64,000 nucleotides of DNA from NCBI GenBank assembly GCA_042571085.1, contig JBHPGB010000003.1, positions 6,261 through 70,260 of the forward strand, written 5' to 3'. Below the pieces are notes generated by a model that had not been told where the DNA came from, did no database searches, and saw nothing but the letters and a program-made list of their open reading frames with translations. Both the position numbers and the translations under genes were made by a program. The first letter of the stretch is position 1; each line of letters opens with the position of its first letter. Shown here piece by piece: positions 44,445-54,034 of this stretch. Source of the DNA: Patescibacteria group bacterium. GTDB lineage: Bacteria > Patescibacteriota > Minisyncoccia > Phycocordibacterales > JBHPGB01.

Positions 44445-47120
44445 CTAATTTTTCACTGATTTTCTTTCAAAATAGAAGTATTTCACAATTTCAATAATAA
44501 ACACATTTAGTAGTCCGACCAGTAGAACAAATAGCAGGTCTAAAGCTGAGACCGGTGTTAGTGATAGAAGCTTACGCAATATAGGCACAAACACAGCGAG
44601 TAATAGTGCTGCGAAGCTTGTGATAAGGGCAAATATTAAATATTTATTACTAAATATATTTATCCTCCAAAGGGGTTTGTGTAAATCTTTTAATGATAGT
44701 GAGAAGAATATTGAGTCGACTGAAAGGACCATAAACATAAGCGTGCGAATTTTTTCAATAGGTAGATTTGTATTAAGAAGTATGAAATAGATAGCAGTTA
44801 GAAGTATGCCAGTCACTAGGCTCAAAATTAATATAAGGGAACGGAGTTTTGGGGTGAGGATATTTCTCATTTTTGATGAGGATGGATCGCGCTTCATAAC
44901 ATCAGATTCTGCTGGCTCAAATGCAAATGAAAAATTCATAAACCCTTCCTCAACAATATTTGTCCACAAAATTTGTGCTGGTAGGATCGGTAGTGGAGCA
45001 CCAGCAATTAGCGCACCACCCACTACAAATATCTCACTAAAACTCGTTGATAATAAATATGCAACAATTTTTTTCAGGTTATCAAGTATGCGCCTCCCCT
45101 CTTCAATAGCTTTTACAATTACAGTAAAACTATTATCTAGAAGAATCATATCTGAAGCTTCTTTCGCCACTTCTGTACCAGAACCGAGCGCTACACCAAT
45201 ATCTGCTCTACGAAGCGCTGGCGCATCATTAACACCGTCTCCAGTCATTGCTACTACCTCGTCTGCATCTTTGAGTACTTTTACAATGCGCATTTTTTGA
45301 TCTGGTAATACGCGAGCAAAAATACGTACCTTATTGAGTGCATTGAGTAATTCTGCATTAGTATATTCAGCTATATCCGTTCCCGTGAGTACTTGTCCGC
45401 TTACTGGTGCAATACCGGCTTCCACAGCGATGCGATGTGCTGTATTTTCATTATCTCCCGTAACCATAATAACGCGTGCCCCAGCCTTGCGTGCTTTGCT
45501 AATTGATTTCGCAACATCTGGACGCAATGGATCATGGATTACAATAAATCCACCAAACACAATGTCGGTAAAGAGCGTGGACACATCATCACGCATTTCT
45601 TGAGTAAATTTTTCTAAATCAGTTTCTCTGTATGCAATTGCAATAAGGCGCATTCCTTGGCTTGCTTTTTCACTTAGCGTGTCCCCTAGCTCCTTCTTTG
45701 CTTTTTCTGAAAGTTTTACTTTTTTACCATCTTTATAAACATACGTGGAATGTTCAAGCAATAATTCTGGTGAGCCAGAAAAATACATCCTTTGTTTTTT
45801 ACGACTTTCTATATAATTTAGTGATACAGTGAGACGCTTTGCTGATTCAAAAGGTATTGAATCAAATTCAGGATATTCAGCAACCAAAGTATCTCGATTT
45901 AATCCTGACCCAATTCCAGCAAGTAAAATCGCTCGTTCCACTGGCCTACCACGAACAACCCACTCTGATAGCGCATCATCATACCCTTCCACAAATGCAT
46001 CTGATGTAAGCATGGCCATAGCTAATACATCGCGCTCATCAGAGCCGTGTATGAGCGACTCAGTATCAGTACCCTCTTTTTCTTTTTGGATTGAAGAAAG
46101 TGTTAAGATTGCGGCCACGCGCATTTTTGCTTTTGTGAGTGTGCCTGTTTTATCGGTAAGAATTACAGTAGTGGAGCCGAGTGTTTCCGCAGCCAACAAG
46201 TTGCGCACCAATCCTTTTTTCTTGAGTATTGATTCCATTCCAAGCGCCAGGACTACTGTTACTGCCGCAGGCAAACCTTCTGGCATTGCGGCAACAGCAA
46301 TCGCGATTGCAACAAGTAACATATCGTGCGCGGACTGTCCCTGTATCAAACCAATCACAAGGATAAACACAAGAGCAAAAAGAATTACAATGGTAAGATA
46401 TGCCGCTAATTTACGGATACTTTTTTGTAGAGGCGTAATATCTTCTTTGCTACTCAATTCTTTTGCAATTAGTCCAACTTTAGTATCGTCGCCTGTCGCG
46501 ACTACAACAGCTCGCACAAAACCACCAGTTGCGATTGTACCCATCCAGATCATATTTGACTGGTCTGTCATTGGTGCTTTTTTATCGATCTCTCCTGGTT
46601 CTTTGGAAATCTCAGCCCATTCACCTGTTAGGGCAGATTCATTCACAGCAAAGCTGGAAGAGGTAATTACTCGTGCATCAGCTGGTACGAATGAACCAGC
46701 TTCTACAATAACGATATCTCCAACAACTAGGTTCTCAGATAAAATTAGTGTTTTTTTACCGTCTCTCAATACCGTTGTATATTTTTGTTGAGATTTCTTG
46801 AGTTTTTCAAATGCGCTGTCTGCCCTTTTTTCTTGCACGACACCAATTACCATATTAATTAAAAGTGCTATAGCAATAACGATCGCATCAAGATATTCAT
46901 GTAAAAATAGCGTAGCCAAACCTGTCAGAACAAGCACAAAAACCAGAGGGCTTTTGATTTGTGTGAAAAAAATATCGAGGAAAACTTTTCTATCTTCCTC
47001 GGTAAAAATATTTGGCCCTTGTATAGCAAGCCTGCTCCTAGCTTCTTCTTGTGATAAGCCACTTTGCAGATCTGTTTTGAGCTTTTGTTTTATTTCTGTA
47101 AGAGGTGTTGAGTGCCACAT
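44445..47120 (-). CDS. Cation-transporting P-type ATPase (P2-type, Ca2+/Mg2+-ATPase-like)
   Basis: 891 aa; TGES-region, DKTGTLT, MVTGDN, GDGVNDAPAL; 10 TM. Confidence 0.9.
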   Translation of the reverse strand: MWHSTPLTEIKQKLKTDLQSGLSQEEARSRLAIQGPNIFTEEDRKVFLDIFFTQIKSPLVFVLVLTGLATLFLHEYLDAIVIAIALLINMVIGVVQEKRADSAFEKLKKSQQKYTTVLRDGKKTLILSENLVVGDIVIVEAGSFVPADARVITSSSFAVNESALTGEWAEISKEPGEIDKKAPMTDQSNMIWMGTIATGGFVRAVVVATGDDTKVGLIAKELSSKEDITPLQKSIRKLAAYLTIVILFALVFILVIGLIQGQSAHDMLLVAIAIAVAAMPEGLPAAVTVVLALGMESILKKKGLVRNLLAAETLGSTTVILTDKTGTLTKAKMRVAAILTLSSIQKEKEGTDTESLIHGSDERDVLAMAMLTSDAFVEGYDDALSEWVVRGRPVERAILLAGIGSGLNRDTLVAEYPEFDSIPFESAKRLTVSLNYIESRKKQRMYFSGSPELLLEHSTYVYKDGKKVKLSEKAKKELGDTLSEKASQGMRLIAIAYRETDLEKFTQEMRDDVSTLFTDIVFGGFIVIHDPLRPDVAKSISKARKAGARVIMVTGDNENTAHRIAVEAGIAPVSGQVLTGTDIAEYTNAELLNALNKVRIFARVLPDQKMRIVKVLKDADEVVAMTGDGVNDAPALRRADIGVALGSGTEVAKEASDMILLDNSFTVIVKAIEEGRRILDNLKKIVAYLLSTSFSEIFVVGGALIAGAPLPILPAQILWTNIVEEGFMNFSFAFEPAESDVMKRDPSSSKMRNILTPKLRSLILILSLVTGILLTAIYFILLNTNLPIEKIRTLMFMVLSVDSIFFSLSLKDLHKPLWRINIFSNKYLIFALITSFAALLLAVFVPILRKLLSLTPVSALDLLFVLLVGLLNVFIIEIVKYFYFERKSVKN

Positions 47121-47145
47121 TTCAATATCTTATATTAGAAAATTA

Positions 47146-47940
47146 CTATAAAAGTTTTGGCTGTTTTTCGTTTTTCGTTTTAGTGTGTGCTTCTAGGAGT
47201 TTTTTACCAGCAGCTTCTCGGTATCGACAGTAATCACAATCCTCAGTCGCTTCTGGAATCGCCCCATCGTCTAAATACCTCTTTATATCTAAAAGCGTTT
47301 CGTCAATCCAGTCAGCTTTTCCAACATATGGAATGAGGGTAACTTCAAACTCAAGACGCCCGTCAAAAGCTTTTACATCCTTGTCTGCATTTGCATACAC
47401 AAAATAGCCAGTGTCAGAAACTTTAAATCCATTTTGTCGCAAAAGCCACTGGTATATTTCCATTTGCCTTTTGTACCCGATATGCCAATCTTCATCTAGT
47501 GCATCTATCTTACCTTCTTTGCTGGTAGATTTATAATCAACAACAATCAATTCTCCTTGTGGATTCACCCACACATCATCAACTGCGCCAGAAATAGTAA
47601 AACCAGTTGGCTCATGATTACATGTAATGCCTTTGAAATTCTCTCGCCATTCGTCCATTTTGGGATGCTCAAATGGCACAGCATCAATTCCGTACTGCTC
47701 CATGATTGGGTGTTTGTCTCCATTAGCTCGGTGAACATCAAATTCTTTTTTAAATAGGTGGTCTACAGCGCTGTTTAGATTAAAGGGAAATCCTGGAGGA
47801 CGAGCTACGCCGAGCTTATTGTCAACGTAAAAACACCTCTTACAATTCATAAAGAGATCTATTTTTGAACGAGAAAGCCTCCAACGTTCCCCACCATAAT
47901 TCCAGTTTGGATTTCTGTTTGGTTTGTAGTAGTTAGACAT
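47146..47940 (-). CDS. PD-(D/E)XK nuclease superfamily protein, Cas4-like with four Cys (CKRC...CDYC)
   Basis: 264 aa; VVDYKS and QMEIYQW motifs. Confidence 0.6.
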   Translation of the reverse strand: MSNYYKPNRNPNWNYGGERWRLSRSKIDLFMNCKRCFYVDNKLGVARPPGFPFNLNSAVDHLFKKEFDVHRANGDKHPIMEQYGIDAVPFEHPKMDEWRENFKGITCNHEPTGFTISGAVDDVWVNPQGELIVVDYKSTSKEGKIDALDEDWHIGYKRQMEIYQWLLRQNGFKVSDTGYFVYANADKDVKAFDGRLEFEVTLIPYVGKADWIDETLLDIKRYLDDGAIPEATEDCDYCRYREAAGKKLLEAHTKTKNEKQPKLL

Positions 47941-47983
47941 GTGCTAATTGTAACACAGGGCTTATATATTGAGATATGTGTAT

Positions 47984-48020
47984 AAAAAAAGAGGGTATCG
48001 TAATCCATTACGATACCCTC
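47984..48020 (-). terminator. Terminator for the GGDEF gene: 13-bp hairpin GAGGGTATCGTAA tcca TTACGATACCCTC with a T-run on the minus strand
   Basis: Perfect stem; A-run on the plus strand upstream. Confidence 0.75.
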
Positions 48021-48037
48021 GTGGGTTTGTGCGGCTT

Positions 48038-48682
48038 TTAGGTTGCGGAAGAAATTACACGATTTCTACCAGACGTTTTTGCTTCGTACAGATTCTTGTC
48101 TGCTTTTTTGAAAAGCTCGTCTAGTGACAAGTTTCCACTTTTATCAACAAAAACTCCAGCGCTGATACCAACAGAATCATCATTCGGCAACAAGCAACAC
48201 TCATTTACCAGCCTGATAATCCTGTCCACCGCCCTGTTGGCAGTTTTAGCATCATGTATATCTGAGAGAATCATAGCAAACTCCTCTCCGCCCCAACGAA
48301 CCAATTCATCATTGGGGCGTTTCGAGTGCTTAAGCACGTTTGCAACGTCACAAAGGATTTCATCTCCGACATCATGTCCGTAGTCGTCATTCACCTGCTT
48401 GAAGTGATCTATGTCAAACACGACCATGGTTATTTCTTTTGGAAATGATTTGTTTCGTTTATTCATGCGGAGCAGAACATCGTGACAATGATCTATCCGA
48501 TGCCTATTCGCAAGTCCAGTTAATTTGTCATGATGAGCCCTTTTTTCCAGCCTTTTTACATGCGGGAAACAATCGAGAACCCAGTTGAGAAGTCTGTTAT
48601 CAAACAGAATGTTCAATAGTCTAATAAGCATTTTCACGTATCTCCAAAAGAAATGTTCAAATTCACTGGTATATTTATACAC
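48038..48682 (-). CDS. Stand-alone GGDEF-domain diguanylate cyclase (start probably an internal M)
   Basis: 214 aa; GGEEF (RWGGEEFAMIL); the rest of the GGDEF fold (DIDHFKQVND). Confidence 0.75.
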   Translation of the reverse strand: MYKYTSEFEHFFWRYVKMLIRLLNILFDNRLLNWVLDCFPHVKRLEKRAHHDKLTGLANRHRIDHCHDVLLRMNKRNKSFPKEITMVVFDIDHFKQVNDDYGHDVGDEILCDVANVLKHSKRPNDELVRWGGEEFAMILSDIHDAKTANRAVDRIIRLVNECCLLPNDDSVGISAGVFVDKSGNLSLDELFKKADKNLYEAKTSGRNRVISSAT

Positions 48683-48723
48683 TATTTTGGTGTAAATGTC
48701 AATATTTTGTATATGTAAGTAGA

Positions 48724-48759
48724 TGAAATGCCGTTTTTGCTTAGCAAAAACGGCATTTC
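48724..48759. repeat. 16-bp perfect hairpin GAAATGCCGTTTTTGC ttag GCAAAAACGGCATTTC (terminator-like)
   Basis: Between two minus-strand genes. Confidence 0.5.
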
Positions 48760-48786
48760 ATGTTGTATTTATTGGGTTTTTTAGGA

Positions 48787-49317
48787 CTATTTGATTCGAA
48801 TTGCAGAAAAGGTATATTTTACAACACCATTTGACCCTTCAACCAAAACATCTTTCTTGTGATCAAATTCTTTATCTCCGTCATCTTTATACATTACTAC
48901 GTGATATTTAGATCCTTCCGACGTGTTTCTAAGTAGGTCGATTTCTGCGTTTGTGTAATCCCCTACATCAAATCGACTTGCACCTAGTATGTTTCCTAGT
49001 TCACCACCGAGGTCTTCACGTACGGCAACCCATGTTGATGCACTGAATGAAGCTGAATCAAGAACAACTCGTAATCCTGCTGGTTGGCCACCGATTGTTA
49101 TTGTATTTATCCCGCTTGTGATAGTTGATGATGGATCTTGAAGATTGTCTCCAACCATATCATTTTTGTCACCAACTACTTCTTCAGTTTTTTTCTCGTC
49201 ATCAGATGATTGAAATGGTGCCGTGTCCCATACATAGTATGAACCAAATCCGACAATAAGACCTATGATAAATGCGATTATAAGATTTTTCTTTGTGTAA
49301 TATGCTGTTTCTGACAT
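48787..49317 (-). CDS. Hypothetical membrane-anchored protein (176 aa)
   Basis: One N-terminal TM. Confidence 0.4.
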   Translation of the reverse strand: MSETAYYTKKNLIIAFIIGLIVGFGSYYVWDTAPFQSSDDEKKTEEVVGDKNDMVGDNLQDPSSTITSGINTITIGGQPAGLRVVLDSASFSASTWVAVREDLGGELGNILGASRFDVGDYTNAEIDLLRNTSEGSKYHVVMYKDDGDKEFDHKKDVLVEGSNGVVKYTFSAIRIK

Positions 49318-49393
49318 GTTTTTTTAAGGGTTGTGCGCAAATACATTCCTCATTAATTTTTTTAATGGCTATATATTAGCACGATACATTTTA

Positions 49394-50476
49394 CTAAGCA
49401 ATAATTCCGCCTCCAATACAAACATCAGCCTCATAAAGAACCAAAGATTGCCCAGACGGAACATTTTGTGGATGTTCAAAAATAATGCTTGTTTTTTCAT
49501 CGTTTCTTGTAAGTATGCACTTTTCTGGTTGTTGCCTATAGCGTATTTGAGCATCATATTCTTTGCCTACTTTTGGTTTTCCAGATATCCAATTCATATT
49601 TTCTAGAAAGATTTCTTTTTTTGCGTATTCTCTTTCTGCGTATTCATGTGCAACTGTGATTGTGTTTTTTTTGATATTTTTTGCTACGACATAATATGGG
49701 AGGCTCTTATCCCCCTCTTTTCTAGTGTTAAATCCATGTCGTTGCCCAATGGTGAAAAATACCGCTCCGTCATGTGTGCCGATGATTTCACCTCTTTCAT
49801 TCAGCACATCCCCAGGCTTCTCCTCTATGTAGTGCTTTAGAAAGTCTTTCATTTCTACTTCACCGAGAAAACAAATTCCTTGGCTATCTTTTTTCTGCGC
49901 AGTCGGGAGTTTGAATTTTTCGGCAAATTTTCTAATTTCTGGCTTTTCATATTCACCAACAGGAAATAAGCAATTTTTTAGTTGCTTTTGATTTAGTGTC
50001 CACAAAAAATATGATTGATCTTTATTATCATCAATTCCGCGCAAAAGTTTGTATTTATTTTCTATTTTTTCCAAGCGTGTGTAATGTCCTGTTGCAACAT
50101 AATCAGCCCCCATTTCCAAAGCTTTTTTAAGAAATGCACCGAATTTGATTTCTTTGTTGCACATTACATCTGGATTTGGCACACGACCTTTTTTGTACTC
50201 AGTAATGAAGTAATCAGCAACATTCTTTTTGTATTCCTTACTTAAGTCAAAAGTTAAAAACGGGATATTCAAATGAGCCGCCACACGCATTGCGTCACGT
50301 CTCTCTTCGGGCCAGGTACAAGGTAGCCAGTCGGGCTGCCATGTTTTGATGAACACACCAGTTACATCATACCCATCTTTTTTAAGTAGTGTTGCAGCGA
50401 CAGAAGAATCAACTCCCCCGCTCATACCAACAAACACCTTCTTGTCTTTTTTAGTAAATACTTTCATTAGATGCAA
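49394..50476 (-). CDS. mnmA: tRNA-specific 2-thiouridylase MnmA
   Basis: 360 aa; PP-loop VFVGMSGGVDSSVAA; catalytic Cys region. Confidence 0.9.
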   Translation of the reverse strand: MHLMKVFTKKDKKVFVGMSGGVDSSVAATLLKKDGYDVTGVFIKTWQPDWLPCTWPEERRDAMRVAAHLNIPFLTFDLSKEYKKNVADYFITEYKKGRVPNPDVMCNKEIKFGAFLKKALEMGADYVATGHYTRLEKIENKYKLLRGIDDNKDQSYFLWTLNQKQLKNCLFPVGEYEKPEIRKFAEKFKLPTAQKKDSQGICFLGEVEMKDFLKHYIEEKPGDVLNERGEIIGTHDGAVFFTIGQRHGFNTRKEGDKSLPYYVVAKNIKKNTITVAHEYAEREYAKKEIFLENMNWISGKPKVGKEYDAQIRYRQQPEKCILTRNDEKTSIIFEHPQNVPSGQSLVLYEADVCIGGGIIA

Positions 50477-50582
50477 GTATACTGTAATTTGACAAACAAG
50501 TAAAATGCGGTAGAATATGACTGGCTTTGCATTTGCAAAATCGTTCTTAAATTTAATTCTAACTTTATCGGGAGATTAAAGA

Positions 50583-51068
50583 ATGGCTAATAAAAAAGGT
50601 TTGGAGTTTCCAAAAGTGAACCTGTTCACAATCATGATTATGGTGGCCTGTCTGTATGTTGGCAGTAATCTGGTGTTCATATTCACCTTTACGGAAATAC
50701 ATCCTATGTTTGTCGCCAATTTCGTATTTGGTGGCAATGTATTGTCTTACTGTATTTTTGGTTTGTTGTTTGCATGGGCATACAAAAGCTCATGGAGCAC
50801 TTCCGCCTTTATGGTCCTGGTTGCTTTTGGGGGAATTTTACTCAATAGCTATTGGGGATATAATCTCGTTGACATGGTAGGCAGTATTAGCATCGGCAGC
50901 TGGGATAATGCTGCCAGAGTTGTTGACCAGTCTAAAGCTGTTTTGTCAGTCAATGCTCTCATTGGTCTGTTTGGGATTGTTGTATTGAAGAATCTCCCAC
51001 AAAACAATGAGCTTGTTACATTACAAAATGACACACTCTGCCCTGAAAAAGTAGAAGGTTCTGTGTAA
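50583..51068 (+). CDS. Hypothetical membrane protein (161 aa, 4 TM)
   Basis: ORF only. Confidence 0.4.
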   Translation: MANKKGLEFPKVNLFTIMIMVACLYVGSNLVFIFTFTEIHPMFVANFVFGGNVLSYCIFGLLFAWAYKSSWSTSAFMVLVAFGGILLNSYWGYNLVDMVGSISIGSWDNAARVVDQSKAVLSVNALIGLFGIVVLKNLPQNNELVTLQNDTLCPEKVEGSV

Positions 51069-51090
51069 GTAAATAGAGCTGGTAATTATA

Positions 51091-51118
51091 AAAGGCGCTT
51101 GCTTGCGAGCGCCTTTTT
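51091..51118. terminator. Bidirectional terminator GGCGCT tgcttgcg AGCGCC with A/T runs
   Basis: Between convergent genes. Confidence 0.7.
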
Positions 51119-51667
51119 CTATAACTTCACCAACTTTTTGTAAAGCTCATACGTGGTTCTCGCATCTGAGAGCGCTGTGTGAGCTTTTTTATTTTCTATG
51201 CCAAAATATGGTGCAAGTTCAGAGAGTGAGAATCTTGTCACCTTTGGTTCGTTTTGTAATTTCGCCCATGCAATAGATATTGTATCTATGCGGTGATAAT
51301 CCATCGTATCCTTCACGCCAGTTTCTTCAAATGCTTTTTCTAGAAAAGCCCAGTCAAATGGCACATTGTGTCCAACCATTACGCAACCTTTTGTTTTTTC
51401 TGCAACGATTTCCAGTGCGTCTTTGAGTGGTATTGCATCTTTCCAAAGTTCTTCCGAATAACCTATAATTTCAAGTGCTTCAGGATCTGCTGTTTCAAGA
51501 TGAGTCGGCTTTACGTTTATTTCTATTTCTTCAACCGTTTCCAAATCTGGTTGATTTGCAATCACAATGCCGATTTGCATAATTTCTTTGTCCATAAATT
51601 CAAAACCAGTTGTCTCCAGATCTATAAAAGCTAGTGGGGCCTCTTTTAAGTTTACGTATTTTTTCAT
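51119..51667 (-). CDS. DnaQ-like 3'-5' exonuclease (DEDDh; Pol III epsilon/RNase T family)
   Basis: 182 aa; FIDLETTG, HNVPFDWAFL, HTALSDARTTYELY. Confidence 0.75.
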   Translation of the reverse strand: MKKYVNLKEAPLAFIDLETTGFEFMDKEIMQIGIVIANQPDLETVEEIEINVKPTHLETADPEALEIIGYSEELWKDAIPLKDALEIVAEKTKGCVMVGHNVPFDWAFLEKAFEETGVKDTMDYHRIDTISIAWAKLQNEPKVTRFSLSELAPYFGIENKKAHTALSDARTTYELYKKLVKL

Positions 51668-51685
51668 ATTATTTAATTTCTTTTA

Positions 51686-52768
51686 TCAATAAATGTATTT
51701 CGCTTTATTTCTCTTGTGTCCTTCAAATGTTTCTGCGTAGTGTATGTTTCCGTGTTTGTCTGAAAGATAAAATAAATATGCAGATTCTATAGGCTCAAAT
51801 GCCGCAATTATTGATTCAATACCAGGGTTTGCTATTGGGGTTGGGGTTAATCCCCTGTTTGTGTATGTGTTGTATGGTGAATCTTCACGCAATTCTTCGA
51901 TCGTTAACTCAAACGTATTTCTGTTTCTTTCATATATAAATGGTGCATCTACTTGTAGGGGCATTCCTATTTCTATCCGTTTCCACAGCACTCCAGATAC
52001 AAGTTTTTTGTCTTCTGGTGTAATCGCTTCTTTTTCAATAATTGATGCCATTATGATTATTTCTTCAAGTGATTTTTTTTCCGCTCCTTCTATTTGAACT
52101 AATAATTCTTCAATTTTGTTTTTAAATACATTTTCCATTTCTTGCACAACCTGCCCTGGCTCTATATTTGGTAGGAAAAAATATGTATCTGGAAATAGAA
52201 AACCTTCTTTAGCTTCTGCGATGCGTAAAAATTCTTCAACATCAAAATCTGGAATTTTTTCAGATAAAGTGTGAGACATGTCACTTATTGTAGATCCTTC
52301 TACAAACCTGACACGTAGCGGAGTGAGCCCATACACACCTTGGCTAATTCTCCTTGCCACTTTAAGCACGTTTTGAGGGCTTTCAAAAAAGTAATCTCCT
52401 GATAGAGCACCGCCTTGTCCGGCCAACATAACCATGAAACCTTTAAATAATGTTTCTGAGCGTATTACAGATTCTTGTTTCAGTGTGTACGCTATTTCAC
52501 TTAAGTGCGCACCTTTTTCTATTTTAATTAGTGTACCTGATGGGAAATTAAGTGGCGGCAGGATTGCAATGATGAGCATCACAAATACAATACCAGCAGC
52601 GATGGCTCGTTGTCGATTTTGTTTATTTTTAGGGCCGTAGAAATGAGAATTTAATATTTTCTGGACAGAAAGTATTTCTTTTTGTGTGAATTCTTCAATT
52701 TTATTGCTATTCATATTATGACGGCAAGTTAACAGGAGCTTCAGACTTCTTAGATTCCACACGTTCAA
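51686..52768 (-). CDS. mltG: Endolytic murein transglycosylase MltG (YceG-like); true start probably 52714 (MNSNKIEEF)
   Basis: 360 aa; N-terminal TM plus YceG domain. Confidence 0.8.
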   Translation of the reverse strand: MNVWNLRSLKLLLTCRHNMNSNKIEEFTQKEILSVQKILNSHFYGPKNKQNRQRAIAAGIVFVMLIIAILPPLNFPSGTLIKIEKGAHLSEIAYTLKQESVIRSETLFKGFMVMLAGQGGALSGDYFFESPQNVLKVARRISQGVYGLTPLRVRFVEGSTISDMSHTLSEKIPDFDVEEFLRIAEAKEGFLFPDTYFFLPNIEPGQVVQEMENVFKNKIEELLVQIEGAEKKSLEEIIIMASIIEKEAITPEDKKLVSGVLWKRIEIGMPLQVDAPFIYERNRNTFELTIEELREDSPYNTYTNRGLTPTPIANPGIESIIAAFEPIESAYLFYLSDKHGNIHYAETFEGHKRNKAKYIY

Positions 52769-53939
52769 ATGCTGGTGTTTCTGCTACACGTCCTGGGAAG
52801 TGGAATATTGTTGCAAGCTCTTCAGTGTTTAAAATAAATGGCTTACGTGCGTGCGGTGGAGAAAACCACGAGCGACGGATGTATGCGTTGAATAAGTCTG
52901 CTTTTACTTTACTCATACGGAAATTATTATAATCCTGCCACCAGTAGTCAAAACCAGTAACATTCTTAGGTCTAAATCCGTTCAAATCATTTGAACTAAA
53001 TTGTTTCAATGCTCCAATAAGTCCTGGAATATTCATTGGATCAAACTTATCTTTTGCTAAATACATTACTCGTATACCACAATCAAATCCTGGTTTTGAG
53101 ATATTGCGCTCAATTGCTGTGATTTCATTTTCTTGTGCTTTGGTGGCTCTTGCTAAGGCATACTTTTCAGCACCACTTGATTTGATAATTTTCTCTTTCA
53201 AATCTTCCACTTCTTTTTGAGCCTCTTTTTTCCAATCATATGTTTTCCCAAAAATCCCACCGGGAATTCTGTTTGTTTTTGTTGTTGCTCGTACACCAAT
53301 TTGCATCCAAATTTGTTCATCTTTACCAATACTACTTAAAAATTCCATGACGGATGTAATCGGATCTATTTTGAATTCCTCTTTTGGATCTTTATCTAAT
53401 CCATAATCAATATAAGTTTTTATTGGATACGGATCTTTCTTGGTTAGGGTGAACTCACTACCAAACATATTCCATCCGGAGTCTTTTTGTCCGAAAGGTA
53501 CATGCTGAGTATAGTCTGAGGCTTCATATATTTCTATTGTTGGGTATTGTGCATATATTTGTGCTTCTATTGTTGTGCGATAAAAAGGCTCTGTCCATAT
53601 GAAAAATCTTACCTTACCTTCAATTGATACTATTTCTAGAGAGAACCACGTTCTAGTTTTGCCAAGGATATATTTATCATACCATGTGCCTTCACCTGTT
53701 TGATGTAGTGTGCCAAGCATTGTTTCCATTGCAAGTGGGGATTTGTATATATCTCTAGGTAATTTTATTTCAAGTAATACTCGCTGTCTCTTTGAATTAA
53801 AATTTGCTCGCACATAATATACCCACGTGCGCACAAATATTATAAGAAGTATTGGCGGTATCCAATACGGAGCGGTGTCATATGCAAAGAAAAGTACATA
53901 GACGAGCGCTTGTAAGAAAAAGAATGTTATAGATTCCAT
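52716..53939 (-). CDS. Hypothetical membrane protein (407 aa)
   Basis: Two N-terminal TM helices; no recognisable domain. Confidence 0.45.
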   Translation of the reverse strand: MESITFFFLQALVYVLFFAYDTAPYWIPPILLIIFVRTWVYYVRANFNSKRQRVLLEIKLPRDIYKSPLAMETMLGTLHQTGEGTWYDKYILGKTRTWFSLEIVSIEGKVRFFIWTEPFYRTTIEAQIYAQYPTIEIYEASDYTQHVPFGQKDSGWNMFGSEFTLTKKDPYPIKTYIDYGLDKDPKEEFKIDPITSVMEFLSSIGKDEQIWMQIGVRATTKTNRIPGGIFGKTYDWKKEAQKEVEDLKEKIIKSSGAEKYALARATKAQENEITAIERNISKPGFDCGIRVMYLAKDKFDPMNIPGLIGALKQFSSNDLNGFRPKNVTGFDYWWQDYNNFRMSKVKADLFNAYIRRSWFSPPHARKPFILNTEELATIFHFPGRVAETPAFERVESKKSEAPVNLPS

Positions 53940-53940
53940 T

Positions 53941-53985
53941 GAGTTAAGTATAAGGTATCAGGTATAAGGTATCAAGTATAAATAA
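53941..53985 (-). promoter_or_regulatory. Promoter-like region with tandem direct repeat GATACCTTATAC x2 (TTGATACCTTATACctGATACCTTATAC) upstream of the 407-aa gene
   Basis: Read on the minus strand: TTGATA -35-like, TTATAC -10-like; very short leader. Confidence 0.4.
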
Positions 53986-54022
53986 CAAAAAACAGCGACT
54001 TATTACAGTCGCTGTTTTTTAT
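53985..54022. terminator. Terminator AACAGCGACT tattac AGTCGCTGTT + T-run
   Basis: 10-bp perfect stem. Confidence 0.75.
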
Positions 54023-54034
54023 TAATTATTTAGC

